From the IMG/VR virus record IMGVR_UViG_3300037419_000526, positions 5,172 through 69,171 of that record: 64,000 nt of DNA; one strand, written 5' to 3'. Origin of the DNA: a virus. The translations under genes and the position numbers were made by a program. Of the stretch, positions 39,301-48,625 are shown piece after piece. The first letter of the stretch is position 1. Every line of letters begins with the position of its first letter. The notes beneath the pieces were generated by a model. It saw nothing but the letters and a program-made list of their open reading frames with translations, was not told the DNA's origin and ran no database searches.

Positions 39301-39539
39301 AGGTTAAACACCGCACGGAAGATAGGAAGCGCAAGAATTACACTCAGCGTACGCCTCAAAACAATTGATGTAAAGACTTTTCAGCGTGAGATTTCAAAAG
39401 ATTCTCACACATGATGCAGCAAAGTCGAAACTTGCGTAGGAAGTGGACTACAAGATTCCCAGCAAAGTGTGATTTTTCACACCTAGCACTGTCGAGTTCA
39501 ATATGCAATAGGCAATAAGAACTATTTTTGCTAACACAG

Positions 39540-39568
39540 TTGACAGGGCTATTCGACTTGACTAGTAT
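39540..39568 (+). promoter_or_regulatory. sigma70 promoter TTGACA-N17-TAGTAT
   Basis: TTGACA 39540-39545, TAGTAT 39563-39568; drives first early-region gene. Confidence 0.5.
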
Positions 39569-39696
39569 AGCTACATCGACTGGCAAGACAGAGAAACAAA
39601 GCAAGGCTGTCGAGACTGTGAACACTAACTAGGCTGGCAAACATATAGACGCTGGCAACCTTACATACACGCATACATATATATAGGAGAAATATC

Positions 39697-40365
39697 ATGG
39701 CACTTCGTCAATTCGTAGTTCGCACCGCTCCCCTGACCCACGAGGCAATGATTGTGGACGTTGCAAGCCGAGATAACGGGAGGCTCCGTGCAGTGGTAGG
39801 CGGGCGTGAAATCGAGATCGGCATGGATACGTACCAAGCGTCAGGTGCAGTTGATCTTGCTTCGGCTGAAAAGATTGTTCACGCTTACGCTAAACAGAAC
39901 AACATCCCCGATACCGACGTAATGGTGCGAGTTCGTCTCCCCAAAACTAACGTCCAGCCCCGCAAGGAGCGCAAGACTAATGATGTGGCAGCAAACAACC
40001 TGACGCTTGTGAAGAGTGACAACGGGGATGCTTTGCAACAGATGGCGCAGAACCTGCACGACTCCGAGACTAATGGTGAAAATGCACAGAAGGCTTCTGC
40101 TGCTAACCCCGAGGGCGCAACGGTCAAGCGTACCGAAGGAGAAAAGAAAAAGCGTCCCTATCAAAAGCGTGAGAAGGAAAAGTCCGCACGCTCGCTCGCT
40201 GCCCTAAAACGCTATCAGGAAGAACTGCAAAAGACGGCAGCAGAGTCGCCCACTATCATGGAGCCTGTTGCACACAATGCCACGCCACAAGAGTATGACG
40301 CTGCGGTCATGGAGCTTGCAACTGCGATTGCGAAGATTCTGAAGGCGAACACGGGAGTTCTGTAA
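39697..40365 (+). CDS. hypothetical early protein (Lys/Glu-rich C-terminal half)
   Basis: 222 aa; strong promoter and AGGAGA RBS. Confidence 0.5.
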   Translation: MALRQFVVRTAPLTHEAMIVDVASRDNGRLRAVVGGREIEIGMDTYQASGAVDLASAEKIVHAYAKQNNIPDTDVMVRVRLPKTNVQPRKERKTNDVAANNLTLVKSDNGDALQQMAQNLHDSETNGENAQKASAANPEGATVKRTEGEKKKRPYQKREKEKSARSLAALKRYQEELQKTAAESPTIMEPVAHNATPQEYDAAVMELATAIAKILKANTGVL

Positions 40366-41437
40366 CTTGTGAAAAGGCAGCACCTTTATTGTATATAGGG
40401 GCGCTGCCTATAAGCTTGTATCCCTTGATCACATCGTACTTTTCTGAATATAGGAGTGACAAGTTATGTGATCTTAGGCCAGTTTGTTCAAATATCTCGG
40501 ATGTTGTACCTTCAAATATCTCTTGTGTATGGACGTTCATGACAGTATATATCTTTCTAGTTGTTGACATAATGATTGCACCTTCTTCGGTGGAATCTAG
40601 ACAGAATCCCTGACAAGTCATCAGCTTTCCTCGAATCAGTAAGCTCAAGCTTGAATCGTAAAGCCCAAATTCTTCACACATCTGTCTAGCTGTCCTCTCA
40701 ATCACTCTGCCTGTTGCGAGCTCTCTGAACTTGTGTATTGTAGGTAATTTTATTTTTACCTTATCAAGATTTTCCGGCAAGCAAAACCTACACCTGTGCA
40801 GTCTCACACCTCTTTGGATTTCGGACAAGTACATCGCACGCAGCCCGCAGATGTTTTCTACGTTTCTCATTGTGACATTTAAAATCTCTCCAGTATCCAC
40901 CTTACATATCTGGTAAACCTTTTCCGATATCTCCCTTTCTGTACGTTCTGCCTCCAATTCTTTGTACCTGCTAAGCAGCGCCACATTTCCAACAAAATTC
41001 CTTTTGCCTTTAAGGACTTTACAGACAGCAGTTCTGTCTAAACCGTACTTATTGGTCAATTCTGCTTGAGTAGCTGTGAATATGCTTCCAGTCACTACGT
41101 CAATACACTCATATAATTTGGTGTTTTGATTCTTTCTATTTATTAGGTCAGCAGGCGCGCCCTCACCACCACTTGTCATATTACACAACTCGTAACCACA
41201 CTCCCTGTAGAATTTTATTGTCTCCTTTTCTAGATCGATGGCATCGTCATTGGAAAGTCCAACTTCTACATACTCCACAAGCCTGCCGTATTTTTTATAG
41301 ATGCTGGTCCACCACTTACTGCGACCTCTCGTAGATTTTGCTCGGTTATCACACCCCTTCCCTACATAGAAGATTTCGTTGTTGTCCTCCCTCCTATGCA
41401 AGTAGACATAGAATCTATTCTTGTCTTTGTTCTTCAT
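40307..41437 (-). CDS. GIY-YIG homing endonuclease (I-TevI-like with C-terminal DNA-binding repeats)
   Basis: NRFYVYLHRREDNNEIFYVGKG...R GIY-YIG core; repeated HTH-like modules; antisense to early region. Confidence 0.75.
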   Translation of the reverse strand: MKNKDKNRFYVYLHRREDNNEIFYVGKGCDNRAKSTRGRSKWWTSIYKKYGRLVEYVEVGLSNDDAIDLEKETIKFYRECGYELCNMTSGGEGAPADLINRKNQNTKLYECIDVVTGSIFTATQAELTNKYGLDRTAVCKVLKGKRNFVGNVALLSRYKELEAERTEREISEKVYQICKVDTGEILNVTMRNVENICGLRAMYLSEIQRGVRLHRCRFCLPENLDKVKIKLPTIHKFRELATGRVIERTARQMCEEFGLYDSSLSLLIRGKLMTCQGFCLDSTEEGAIIMSTTRKIYTVMNVHTQEIFEGTTSEIFEQTGLRSHNLSLLYSEKYDVIKGYKLIGSAPIYNKGAAFSQVTELPCSPSESSQSQLQAP

Positions 41438-41658
41438 TCAACGATCTCCGATGCTGATCCGTAGAGGGTATCGTACTCTTTTGTCAGCTTGATGATTTTA
41501 CTTAGGCGGCGGGCTTGCTCTAGCTTTAGAACCATGCTAGAATCGCCTTTAGCCTCATAGTACGTTCGAAGATGGCTATATGCTTGGTTGCTAATGTCTT
41601 GAAAACGTTCCGCGATGTCTTTAACGGTTGCCATTTGATAGTTGTAGCTGCGGCTCAT
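41434..41658 (-). CDS. small protein partner of GIY-YIG cassette (paralog of 45130..45339)
   Basis: 74 aa from MSRSYNYQ; ATGA coupling to downstream nuclease; homologous C-terminal half to second cassette copy. Confidence 0.5.
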   Translation of the reverse strand: MSRSYNYQMATVKDIAERFQDISNQAYSHLRTYYEAKGDSSMVLKLEQARRLSKIIKLTKEYDTLYGSASEIVE

Positions 41659-41746
41659 ATGTAGTCCTAGAAAATAGAAAATAAAAAGGGCGCTCAAAGG
41701 CGCCCATCAAGAGGTTTGCCGAGATAAAAATCTCTACATAACAACA

Positions 41747-41775
41747 ATTATATACTATGAGTTGAATTTCGTCAA
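41747..41775 (-). promoter_or_regulatory. consensus sigma70 promoter on minus strand TTGACG-N17-TATAAT
   Basis: rc of cgtcaa 41770-41775 and attata 41747-41752; ~85 nt upstream of 41658 start. Confidence 0.5.
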
Positions 41776-41857
41776 CATTTTTTGTTGCTAAAATATCTGT
41801 TGATTAAAAGTGGTCTCTGATTTAATATGTTCAATATGCCAAAACAAGGGATCAGAA

Positions 41858-42064
41858 ATGACTGAACTGACAAGAAACGAGATTGACGTACTCAGCATAA
41901 ATGGTAATGAACTTTACGCTTACATCAACGCACAATCGCTTGGAAAGGAATGGCCTGACGAGATTGAACATCTAAACAAATGGTGGAAGCTGGAAGCAAC
42001 TTACAATCTTCCAGCACAGATGAACACTTACGTACAAGCTGCTAAATATTTTTTAATGACATGA
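41858..42064 (+). CDS. hypothetical protein
   Basis: 68 aa from MTELTRNE, AAGGGA RBS. Confidence 0.4.
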   Translation: MTELTRNEIDVLSINGNELYAYINAQSLGKEWPDEIEHLNKWWKLEATYNLPAQMNTYVQAAKYFLMT

Positions 42065-42267
42065 GAAACGAATACGGAACCACTAACAAGGACGATAGGT
42101 TTCTTCCAGGTGAGGAGATCGAGATGTTCGATGAAGCCTACATCGTGATTAAAAACTATGGCACAAGAGGGCGTGTCAGGTTGCTAAACACAACATTGAT
42201 TATCGATCCGTTCTATTGGGAATTTCAAGGGGCAGTGGCGAGACGAGTGAAGAGGAATGCGGCATAA
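42061..42267 (+). CDS. hypothetical protein
   Basis: 68 aa; ATGA overlap. Confidence 0.4.
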   Translation: MRNEYGTTNKDDRFLPGEEIEMFDEAYIVIKNYGTRGRVRLLNTTLIIDPFYWEFQGAVARRVKRNAA

Positions 42268-42554
42268 ATGCTTTTGGAATTATGTAGTCGTTCATAACGA
42301 TAAGTTGGTGGCTGACTGGGGATCACTGGTATAGTGTGATCAACGAGGCCCATTATGCGTTCCCTGGTAATTTCTTCTGGCTCGCCTTTGTGCGGGCTGT
42401 TTTTGTTGCTCGTATGGCGGATAGATGGGGTTTATCTGCGGAGCGGACAGGGCGCGTTGTAGAGGGCATGTGACGAGTCTATATATGGCACGTCTAGATT
42501 CGACGGATGGGTGCTTGTTTGCGCTTATGTGTGCTTTTAGTGCTGAAATGTGCT

Positions 42555-42583
42555 TGACATGCGTTTTGTGCTGGTCTAAGATG
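42555..42583 (+). promoter_or_regulatory. early promoter gcTTGACA-N17-TAAGAT
   Basis: TTGACA 42555-42560, TAAGAT 42578-42583. Confidence 0.5.
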
Positions 42584-42615
42584 CTCTACATGGACAAACA
42601 ACACGGGAGTGCAAA

Positions 42616-42798
42616 ATGATTCGCATTGGAACAAGCAACTATCGCAGCGAAGCCGAAGCAAAACGTGCATATGGCAAAGGATATGATGATGCGATCAAAG
42701 AGGGACGAATCACAGTAGGTAAGCCCCCTGTTAAAGATGGTGAAAAACTTCTAGTAGATGCACAAGGCCGATACATTATCGAAACGACAGGGAAATAA
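42616..42798 (+). CDS. hypothetical protein
   Basis: 60 aa. Confidence 0.4.
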   Translation: MIRIGTSNYRSEAEAKRAYGKGYDDAIKEGRITVGKPPVKDGEKLLVDAQGRYIIETTGK

Positions 42799-42808
42799 GG
42801 AGAACAAC

Positions 42809-43138
42809 ATGCAATCTTTCAATATCAAACGTGGTCGTAAGATCATCGACACTGTGTTTTACAATGACATGAGCTACACGTCAAAAGCAGCGCATGGGGC
42901 GCTAAACACTAAGGAGAGCATCATGGCAACGTTTAATGGGCATAAGAATTGGAACCACTGGAATGTGTCTCTGTGGATTAACAATGATGAAGGATTGTAT
43001 CGCTTGGCTCAAGAGTGCATCACAGGGAACAACCGAAAAGAGGCAGCAGAACTCATGCTAAAGTTTCTTCCTGAGAAAACTCCAGACGGCGCTCCGTACA
43101 GTGTCACCACGATCAAAGCAGCAATGCGGGAAATGTAG
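42809..43138 (+). CDS. hypothetical protein
   Basis: 109 aa from MQSF, AAGGAG RBS. Confidence 0.45.
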   Translation: MQSFNIKRGRKIIDTVFYNDMSYTSKAAHGALNTKESIMATFNGHKNWNHWNVSLWINNDEGLYRLAQECITGNNRKEAAELMLKFLPEKTPDGAPYSVTTIKAAMREM

Positions 43139-43167
43139 CAGATTTTCGACGTAGGAGAAAATATATC

Positions 43168-43416
43168 ATGGCTGAAATCATCGGAAACTATCGCATCTTC
43201 AGCAGCAATGCATCATCCAAGCAACGCGCAAGTGTCACTGTACGACAGCAAGACGGGGCTATCGTGGCGAGAATTTATTCTGCAAAAAGTCAACCGCTTC
43301 GTTTCCTGCGCAACTGGATTAATTGCGAGGAACGGCTAGAACTTGTCGATCAGCTACGCGGCAATGGCGTACCGCCCGATGTGATTAAAGATATCATCTC
43401 GTTAAAGGATTATTGA
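43168..43416 (+). CDS. hypothetical protein
   Basis: 82 aa, GGAG RBS. Confidence 0.4.
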   Translation: MAEIIGNYRIFSSNASSKQRASVTVRQQDGAIVARIYSAKSQPLRFLRNWINCEERLELVDQLRGNGVPPDVIKDIISLKDY

Positions 43417-43417
43417 C

Positions 43418-43603
43418 ATGCACACAGACGGCGCAACACTCCATTGGCAATACTCTAGCGGGCAGGATTACGAGTTTCATTCATCCTCGGCAGCACAGAT
43501 TGGGCAACTTTACAGGCTGAAAGTGTTAGAGAACGAAGTAGTTAAAGTGTGGGTGAGCCTGGGAGATCATGTTGTGATTTCTTGGACGAAGATGGAAGAC
43601 TAA
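43418..43603 (+). CDS. hypothetical protein
   Basis: 61 aa. Confidence 0.4.
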   Translation: MHTDGATLHWQYSSGQDYEFHSSSAAQIGQLYRLKVLENEVVKVWVSLGDHVVISWTKMED

Positions 43604-43628
43604 CTTAAACAGCTTGAAAGGTTAGAAA

Positions 43629-43805
43629 ATGAACATTGGCGACAAAGTGGTTTATTATAATCCTGTAAGCAAGCGAAACGAAACATTTTATATTGTTGGT
43701 TTGAAGGATCATAAACCAGTGGATGGTGTCAGCGAGAGATGCGTTATTGCTGAACTTGATAATGGTACATCTGAATTCGTATGGAATCTGAAGGTTATAA
43801 AATGA
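43629..43805 (+). CDS. hypothetical small protein (58 aa)
   Basis: MNIGDKVVYYNPVSKRNETFYIVG..; ATGA overlap with next gene. Confidence 0.35.
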   Translation: MNIGDKVVYYNPVSKRNETFYIVGLKDHKPVDGVSERCVIAELDNGTSEFVWNLKVIK

Positions 43806-43978
43806 ACAAACAACAAGCCCACGAATTGAAACTCAAGATTGCCCTTTTCGCTGAAAGTACAGCTATGCTTGCCCTCTTGAAGAACAAAGAACAAGCTGAA
43901 TGGGACGTTGCTTTAGCTGAGCGAGACCGCTCACGAAACGCTTTGTATAAATTTATTGAAGAACTTACGGAGGACTGA
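43802..43978 (+). CDS. hypothetical protein
   Basis: 58 aa from MNKQQAHE. Confidence 0.4.
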   Translation: MNKQQAHELKLKIALFAESTAMLALLKNKEQAEWDVALAERDRSRNALYKFIEELTED

Positions 43979-44191
43979 ATGACCACATTTAACGCACACA
44001 TCGAGCTTGACACAGACCAACTTATCGACAACCTTGCAACGCTCACACACGAGCAAATTAAACAATTCATCATCGATCTAGATATTGTGGTGGCAGATGT
44101 ACAGTTTACGGAAGAATTGCTTCTGGCTCTTGCAAAGAGCATGAAAGGGCTAGACGACCCTGTCGATTTTATCAATTGGGAGAAAGTGTAA
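43979..44191 (+). CDS. hypothetical protein
   Basis: 70 aa. Confidence 0.4.
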   Translation: MTTFNAHIELDTDQLIDNLATLTHEQIKQFIIDLDIVVADVQFTEELLLALAKSMKGLDDPVDFINWEKV

Positions 44192-44204
44192 AATGAACAA
44201 GCAA

Positions 44205-45155
44205 CTAAAAGCAAACCATACCTACAATATCTTCGTAGTGACATAGAGTTGAAGACTCAGTTTTGAAACCTTCTATTGATGTTTCGAATAATGGGAATCT
44301 GCATTTTATTTGTCTTTCCAAATAGTAGGCAGATTCCCCTGACATCTCTTTTAACAAAGTACTCTCAATTTCATATCCAGCGAGTTTTAGATTTCTTTTG
44401 TGCGTTCTCATTCTTTTGTCTTTATTGTTTGTTATACCGTATCCAACAAACCCATCAAACGGGCCTTTTATTTTTAGCACGTAAATACAAGCAGGTTTCA
44501 TTTTATCAAACCCTGTTTTTGCACAACTTGGACACCTGGAGCCACTGACGAACACGGAACCTTTACTAGTTACCCATTCCCCATGTAAATCGCATCTCAT
44601 ACAGAGTCTATCTTCTAACTTGTTGTAACTGATGCACTTATATATGGAATCTTCGCACTTCTTATTTATCGCAAATACAGTTTGATCTTCTGTCAGCGAA
44701 ACGTTACAACCGCATCTACAAGGTATGAAACCTTCACGAAGAGCAGCATAGTACGCATTGAAAATACCATTACAAAGGCCCGCTTCTGAATAAACATCAC
44801 TCGCACACACTGAACATTTCACTGACCATTTTTGTTTCCCTAGATTACAAAACGTATATCTAGAATCGAACTCCCCTGTCTTTAAGAAACTGGCTATGTG
44901 CTCGCTATCATCTTTCTTTCTAGTTTGAGATACCTTCTCACACCCACAATCGGGGCAAGAAATTCCCGCCAGCAGATGGTCTAACCTATTAGTTTTCCAG
45001 ATGCCGTGGGCATAACATTTTAAAATAACCTTTGCTCTGGTGGTTACGTGCTCTTGTACAAAACCAAGAAATTCAATGTTGAGGGCTAAACACTTATCTA
45101 TTGCACGTTGCGTCCAATATTCTTTACTTCTAGCAACTGCCATATTCCTCACCAT
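44205..45155 (-). CDS. Cys-rich (multi zinc-ribbon) protein with C-terminal GIY-YIG-like nuclease domain
   Basis: CxxC pairs CPDCGC/CSVCAS/CRCGC/CMRC/CPSC; C-terminal ACIYVLKIKGPFDGFVGYGITNNKDKRMRTHKRN. Confidence 0.55.
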   Translation of the reverse strand: MVRNMAVARSKEYWTQRAIDKCLALNIEFLGFVQEHVTTRAKVILKCYAHGIWKTNRLDHLLAGISCPDCGCEKVSQTRKKDDSEHIASFLKTGEFDSRYTFCNLGKQKWSVKCSVCASDVYSEAGLCNGIFNAYYAALREGFIPCRCGCNVSLTEDQTVFAINKKCEDSIYKCISYNKLEDRLCMRCDLHGEWVTSKGSVFVSGSRCPSCAKTGFDKMKPACIYVLKIKGPFDGFVGYGITNNKDKRMRTHKRNLKLAGYEIESTLLKEMSGESAYYLERQIKCRFPLFETSIEGFKTESSTLCHYEDIVGMVCF

Positions 45156-45339
45156 ATTCTTTCATCAGCTTAAAAATTTTAGCTAGTTTCTTTGCTTGTA
45201 CAAGCTTCGCAACCATTGCAAGGTCTTCTTTCTTGGTGTAGTATGTAATCAGCTTGTGATAACTTTGATCCTGAACACTGTTCAAACGAACAGCAGTAGC
45301 GTCTACAGACGCGGTTTGATAGTCAAACGAGCGTGACAT
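45130..45339 (-). CDS. small protein partner of second nuclease cassette (paralog of 41434..41658)
   Basis: 69 aa from MSRSFDYQ with AAGGAAAC RBS; LITYYTKKEDLAMVAKLVQAKKLAKIFKLMKEY aligns with LRTYYEAKGDSSMVLKLEQARRLSKIIKLTKEY. Confidence 0.5.
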   Translation of the reverse strand: MSRSFDYQTASVDATAVRLNSVQDQSYHKLITYYTKKEDLAMVAKLVQAKKLAKIFKLMKEYGEEYGSC

Positions 45340-45410
45340 AAGGTTTCCTTGAGTGTGATTGTTGTGATACAGACTTACAAAGCGCAACATTGCATTACGC
45401 AGATAACAGT

Positions 45411-45439
45411 ATTATAATATGTTGACAGTGTATTGTCAA
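45411..45439 (-). promoter_or_regulatory. consensus sigma70 promoter on minus strand TTGACA-N17-TATAAT
   Basis: rc of tgtcaa 45434-45439 and attata 45411-45416. Confidence 0.5.
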
Positions 45440-45519
45440 TAGGAAATCTAAATAAGATTGTTATGTTATAAGGTTTTTAAACAACTTTACGATATATAAG
45501 AGTATCTGTTATAAAGTGC

Positions 45520-45548
45520 TTGACAAGCTTACAGTTCTATCCTAAGAT
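45520..45548 (+). promoter_or_regulatory. early promoter gcTTGACA-N17-TAAGAT
   Basis: TTGACA 45520-45525, TAAGAT 45543-45548. Confidence 0.5.
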
Positions 45549-45593
45549 GACTCTACAGTCTCGAAAGAGACACAACCAAACGGAGAACTTGAA

Positions 45594-45812
45594 ATGAAAA
45601 CTATCCTCGCCATCCTCGCCCTTGCTCCCCTCGCAGCATGCACCACCCCTGGCGCTTACGATGAAGGCGGGCGCAACACGTATGCCATCCCTGCACAAAA
45701 CGGAGATGCTGTCAAGCTGCGTCGTGACTTGGCACGTTGCCAATTTGACGACAAGGCGCAAGCTTTGATGTGCATGGAAGAGAAAGGGTATAAACTTACC
45801 AAGGTGGCCTGA
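45594..45812 (+). CDS. small lipoprotein
   Basis: MKTILAILALAPLAACTTPG lipobox; GGAGAA RBS. Confidence 0.5.
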   Translation: MKTILAILALAPLAACTTPGAYDEGGRNTYAIPAQNGDAVKLRRDLARCQFDDKAQALMCMEEKGYKLTKVA

Positions 45813-45815
45813 GCT

Positions 45816-45998
45816 ATGACTATCCATTGCACCGACCGCAACCTGACATACGCACAAATCCGTCACCTCGTTCTGGAAGAGGCTGCACAAGCTGTCCTTG
45901 AGGACACTTTCGAGTACAACGGGAAAACTTTTTTGAAACTAGGCGCAGCTTATTTCTCAAACAAACTTCGTCAAATGCGACATGAGGAACCAAAATGA
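45816..45998 (+). CDS. hypothetical protein
   Basis: 60 aa. Confidence 0.4.
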   Translation: MTIHCTDRNLTYAQIRHLVLEEAAQAVLEDTFEYNGKTFLKLGAAYFSNKLRQMRHEEPK

Positions 45999-46162
45999 AA
46001 ACCATTAAATCAATGCTGTCCCGTCTCTTTGAAAGCAACTGGACGTATAACGATGGGCATACTGTGAGGGTGCATAAACGTACGGGCGATGTGGAGTTTT
46101 TACACATGGACGGGTTCGGGAATTATTGGATGGACGAGCCGATGTTTGATGAGTGGTATTGA
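45995..46162 (+). CDS. hypothetical small protein (55 aa)
   Basis: MKTIKSMLSRLFESNWTYNDGHTVRVH..; GAGGAA RBS; ATGA overlap. Confidence 0.4.
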   Translation: MKTIKSMLSRLFESNWTYNDGHTVRVHKRTGDVEFLHMDGFGNYWMDEPMFDEWY

Positions 46163-46183
46163 TAAACTATAAAGGGAAACAAA

Positions 46184-46825
46184 ATGTATCCGCAGAACGA
46201 CAACCAATACGAAGAAGCAACTATCAAGAAAGTTTCAAAGGAAAATGAAGGCTGGTCTATTGAGCGCAGCGACGGATGGAGCTTTTATGTTCCTGCTGAC
46301 AGTCCCATTGAGCCCAAAGAGGGTATGACCGTGCGCTTCTACGGCAAAGGGATTGGCTACACCGTGCGCGGTCTGTACATCGACGGGCAGGCTGTATTCT
46401 ATCGATCTGAGGAAGAAGACAAAGCACATCATCTCGTCACAACGTATGGCAAGGATGCTGCGGAATGGCTTTCGCGCTGGGATGAGGGTAAATCTGTATG
46501 GTCCATCTCCATGGGCGGGTTTGGTCCAGGGTATGAGCAAGCTATTCAGATTGCAGCAACAGAAATTGTCCGTGAAATGTTGGACAAGAAATATGATTCG
46601 AAAGCTTGGGAAGAATCGGACAAGTGGGAAGAGGATCGAAACGCAATTGAGGATGCAATGTTCAAGAATGAGCGTATGATTAAGCTTGGGCTGTCCGGGG
46701 CTCAGTATGGTGCTGCATTCAATCTTGCCACTCGTATTTATATTGATGGGCCTATCTCTGTTATGACTACGGAAAGCATCAAGGATCGACATATTCAAGT
46801 GAGCAAGAGTTTTCCTAGTGTGTGA
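46184..46825 (+). CDS. hypothetical protein
   Basis: 213 aa; AAGGGAAAC RBS. Confidence 0.45.
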   Translation: MYPQNDNQYEEATIKKVSKENEGWSIERSDGWSFYVPADSPIEPKEGMTVRFYGKGIGYTVRGLYIDGQAVFYRSEEEDKAHHLVTTYGKDAAEWLSRWDEGKSVWSISMGGFGPGYEQAIQIAATEIVREMLDKKYDSKAWEESDKWEEDRNAIEDAMFKNERMIKLGLSGAQYGAAFNLATRIYIDGPISVMTTESIKDRHIQVSKSFPSV

Positions 46826-46833
46826 GGTGTGAC

Positions 46834-47157
46834 ATGAAAGCAAAATTTATTAAGAAGTTGGAAGGCTTCAGAGGCAATGCGGGTCTTTACCATGTAGAGC
46901 CCGCTGTGAAGTGGGGATACGGCGAGCCTAAAGAAACTAGCTTTGTCATCGTATCTGCTGTCAATGATAGTTATGCTCACGAAACATTTATCTTTCCAGC
47001 TAATGAAGAAGGAAAGATTCTTGATTGGTCGGAGCTTGAAGGCAGCATGACTGGCACTACGTCGCATGAGGAAGCTTTGAACGCGCAAGGGTACGAACTA
47101 GAAGAAGATGATAGCGGCGCTCCTGGCACGTCTGGTTACTTTTCGATGCGGGATTGA
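46834..47157 (+). CDS. hypothetical protein
   Basis: 107 aa from MKAKFIKK. Confidence 0.4.
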   Translation: MKAKFIKKLEGFRGNAGLYHVEPAVKWGYGEPKETSFVIVSAVNDSYAHETFIFPANEEGKILDWSELEGSMTGTTSHEEALNAQGYELEEDDSGAPGTSGYFSMRD

Positions 47158-47158
47158 C

Positions 47159-47395
47159 ATGAAACTATTCCTAATCAGACAACACGTTAATACAGGATAC
47201 GACACATACGATAGTGCTGTTGTGGCTGCTAAGAACGAAGAGGATGCGCGACGTATGCACCCAAGCGAAATAGGGTGGGATAACGATCATGGTTGTTGGG
47301 CCAGTCCTGAACATGTCCAAGTAGAATACATCGGAACAGCCAAGCCCGGAACAAAAGCCGGAACAGTGATTTGTGCAAGTTTTAATGCGGGGTAG
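47159..47395 (+). CDS. hypothetical protein
   Basis: 78 aa from MKLFLIRQH. Confidence 0.35.
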   Translation: MKLFLIRQHVNTGYDTYDSAVVAAKNEEDARRMHPSEIGWDNDHGCWASPEHVQVEYIGTAKPGTKAGTVICASFNAG

Positions 47396-47398
47396 TGT

Positions 47399-47554
47399 AT
47401 GAAGAAAGCATTCTTACTAGGATTTATAGCTGGTGCAACTTGTGGTGATGTTTCGAACAACCCCTATACAGATGGATACGAGAATTTTGATATATGGATT
47501 TCCGGTTTCCTATCTGCTAAGGAATGGTGGGAAGAATTTGACGAGGATGCTTGA
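47399..47554 (+). CDS. hypothetical small protein (51 aa)
   Basis: MKKAFLLGFIAGATCGDVSNNPYTDGYENFDIW..; below ORF-track cutoff. Confidence 0.3.
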   Translation: MKKAFLLGFIAGATCGDVSNNPYTDGYENFDIWISGFLSAKEWWEEFDEDA

Positions 47555-47579
47555 CATGCTTGCACAGCACGGTTAAGTA
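47551..47579 (+). promoter_or_regulatory. early promoter gcTTGACA-N17-TAAGTA
   Basis: TTGACA 47551-47556, TAAGTA(T) 47574-47579. Confidence 0.45.
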
Positions 47580-47622
47580 TTGCACAAGGTAGCGAAAGGT
47601 TCGCTGCACACAGTGAGGAATT

Positions 47623-47775
47623 ATGGACAAAGACTTGAAAGACTGGACATTTGACGAGCTTGTCACATATTGCACATGGAAAATCATGGAGCATGTGATT
47701 AAAGGTAAGCTTAGTGATGGTGTACATTTTGCAATGGATATGGCGCTACGTTGGAAGGCGGAGCAAGGAAAATGA
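47623..47775 (+). CDS. hypothetical small protein (50 aa)
   Basis: MDKDLKDWTFDELVTYCTWKIMEH..; GAGGAA RBS 5 nt upstream. Confidence 0.35.
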   Translation: MDKDLKDWTFDELVTYCTWKIMEHVIKGKLSDGVHFAMDMALRWKAEQGK

Positions 47776-47796
47776 GACTTTACTAAGAGGCGAAGC

Positions 47797-48012
47797 ATGA
47801 GGCTCTACTACTTCGAAGTGGATGACGATAAGTATTTGGGTGAGCATGACGAGGATAATAACATAACACTTTGGAAGTGTATGGCACTCTCAAATGCTAG
47901 ATTCTTTGAACGAAAGCAAAACGCTAAAGATTGGTATGCGGAGTTTGGGCAAGCGTTTCCAGGGGCTGAGTTGTGGTCGTTTGAATGTACGGATTGGAAG
48001 AGGGAGGAGTGA
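47797..48012 (+). CDS. hypothetical protein
   Basis: 71 aa; AAGAGG RBS. Confidence 0.45.
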   Translation: MRLYYFEVDDDKYLGEHDEDNNITLWKCMALSNARFFERKQNAKDWYAEFGQAFPGAELWSFECTDWKREE

Positions 48013-48245
48013 TGACCAAGCAAGAATTAGCAATCCTTGAACGTGCCTTTATTCTTGAAATAGAATCAGCACTCTACAAAGGGCCGCGCGTGTTGCAGAC
48101 CACTAGCAACGAAGCTATCAAACTGGCTCAGGAAGGCTATCTAGAGGCCGCACAAGAGACTTTCAAGGGTGTTGTGTTGGAAGGGTACAAGTTGACGCAT
48201 TTGGGGCGCTGGACGTATTGTGAGACGTGGGAGGAGGGTTGGTGA
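48012..48245 (+). CDS. hypothetical protein
   Basis: 77 aa from MTKQELAIL; GGGAGGAG RBS; TGATG overlap. Confidence 0.45.
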   Translation: MTKQELAILERAFILEIESALYKGPRVLQTTSNEAIKLAQEGYLEAAQETFKGVVLEGYKLTHLGRWTYCETWEEGW

Positions 48246-48246
48246 T

Positions 48247-48420
48247 ATGAAAATCCTAGAGCCATTAATTGTCATTGCAACAGCAGCATTCGGATTCGTC
48301 GCAATCGTCTACATTTTCTACGGCGTTGCACAAACAAGCCATGACTTAAGCATGGTGAAGAGTGACAAACAATTGTGCATCTCACGAAAGAGCGTTGTCG
48401 TGACAATCCAAGTATGTTAA
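48247..48420 (+). CDS. small membrane protein
   Basis: 57 aa from MKILEPLIVIATAAFGFVAIVYIFYGV; GGAGGG RBS. Confidence 0.4.
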   Translation: MKILEPLIVIATAAFGFVAIVYIFYGVAQTSHDLSMVKSDKQLCISRKSVVVTIQVC

Positions 48421-48625
48421 CGAAGATTGAACAGGCTATCATCATGGCTAAAATTGCTCGTCTACAGGATGAGCTAGAGGCACTTGTGGAGCAAAATTGT
48501 ACATCTTGTGGCAGACAGCAAAACGGCTGAAAGCCACTATCCATGCGGGTTTCGGCAGGTTGAGCATGCCCATAACATGCTTATTATTGCCTATATAGGA
48601 GGAATAATCTTAGGGGTGCTACGAA

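Noticed and set aside
41703-41722. GGGCGCtcaaagGCGCCC hairpin as a terminator
   Set aside because: The adjacent A/T run is on the wrong side for either strand's transcripts here. It lies in a divergent promoter region. It may still be a structural or operator element.
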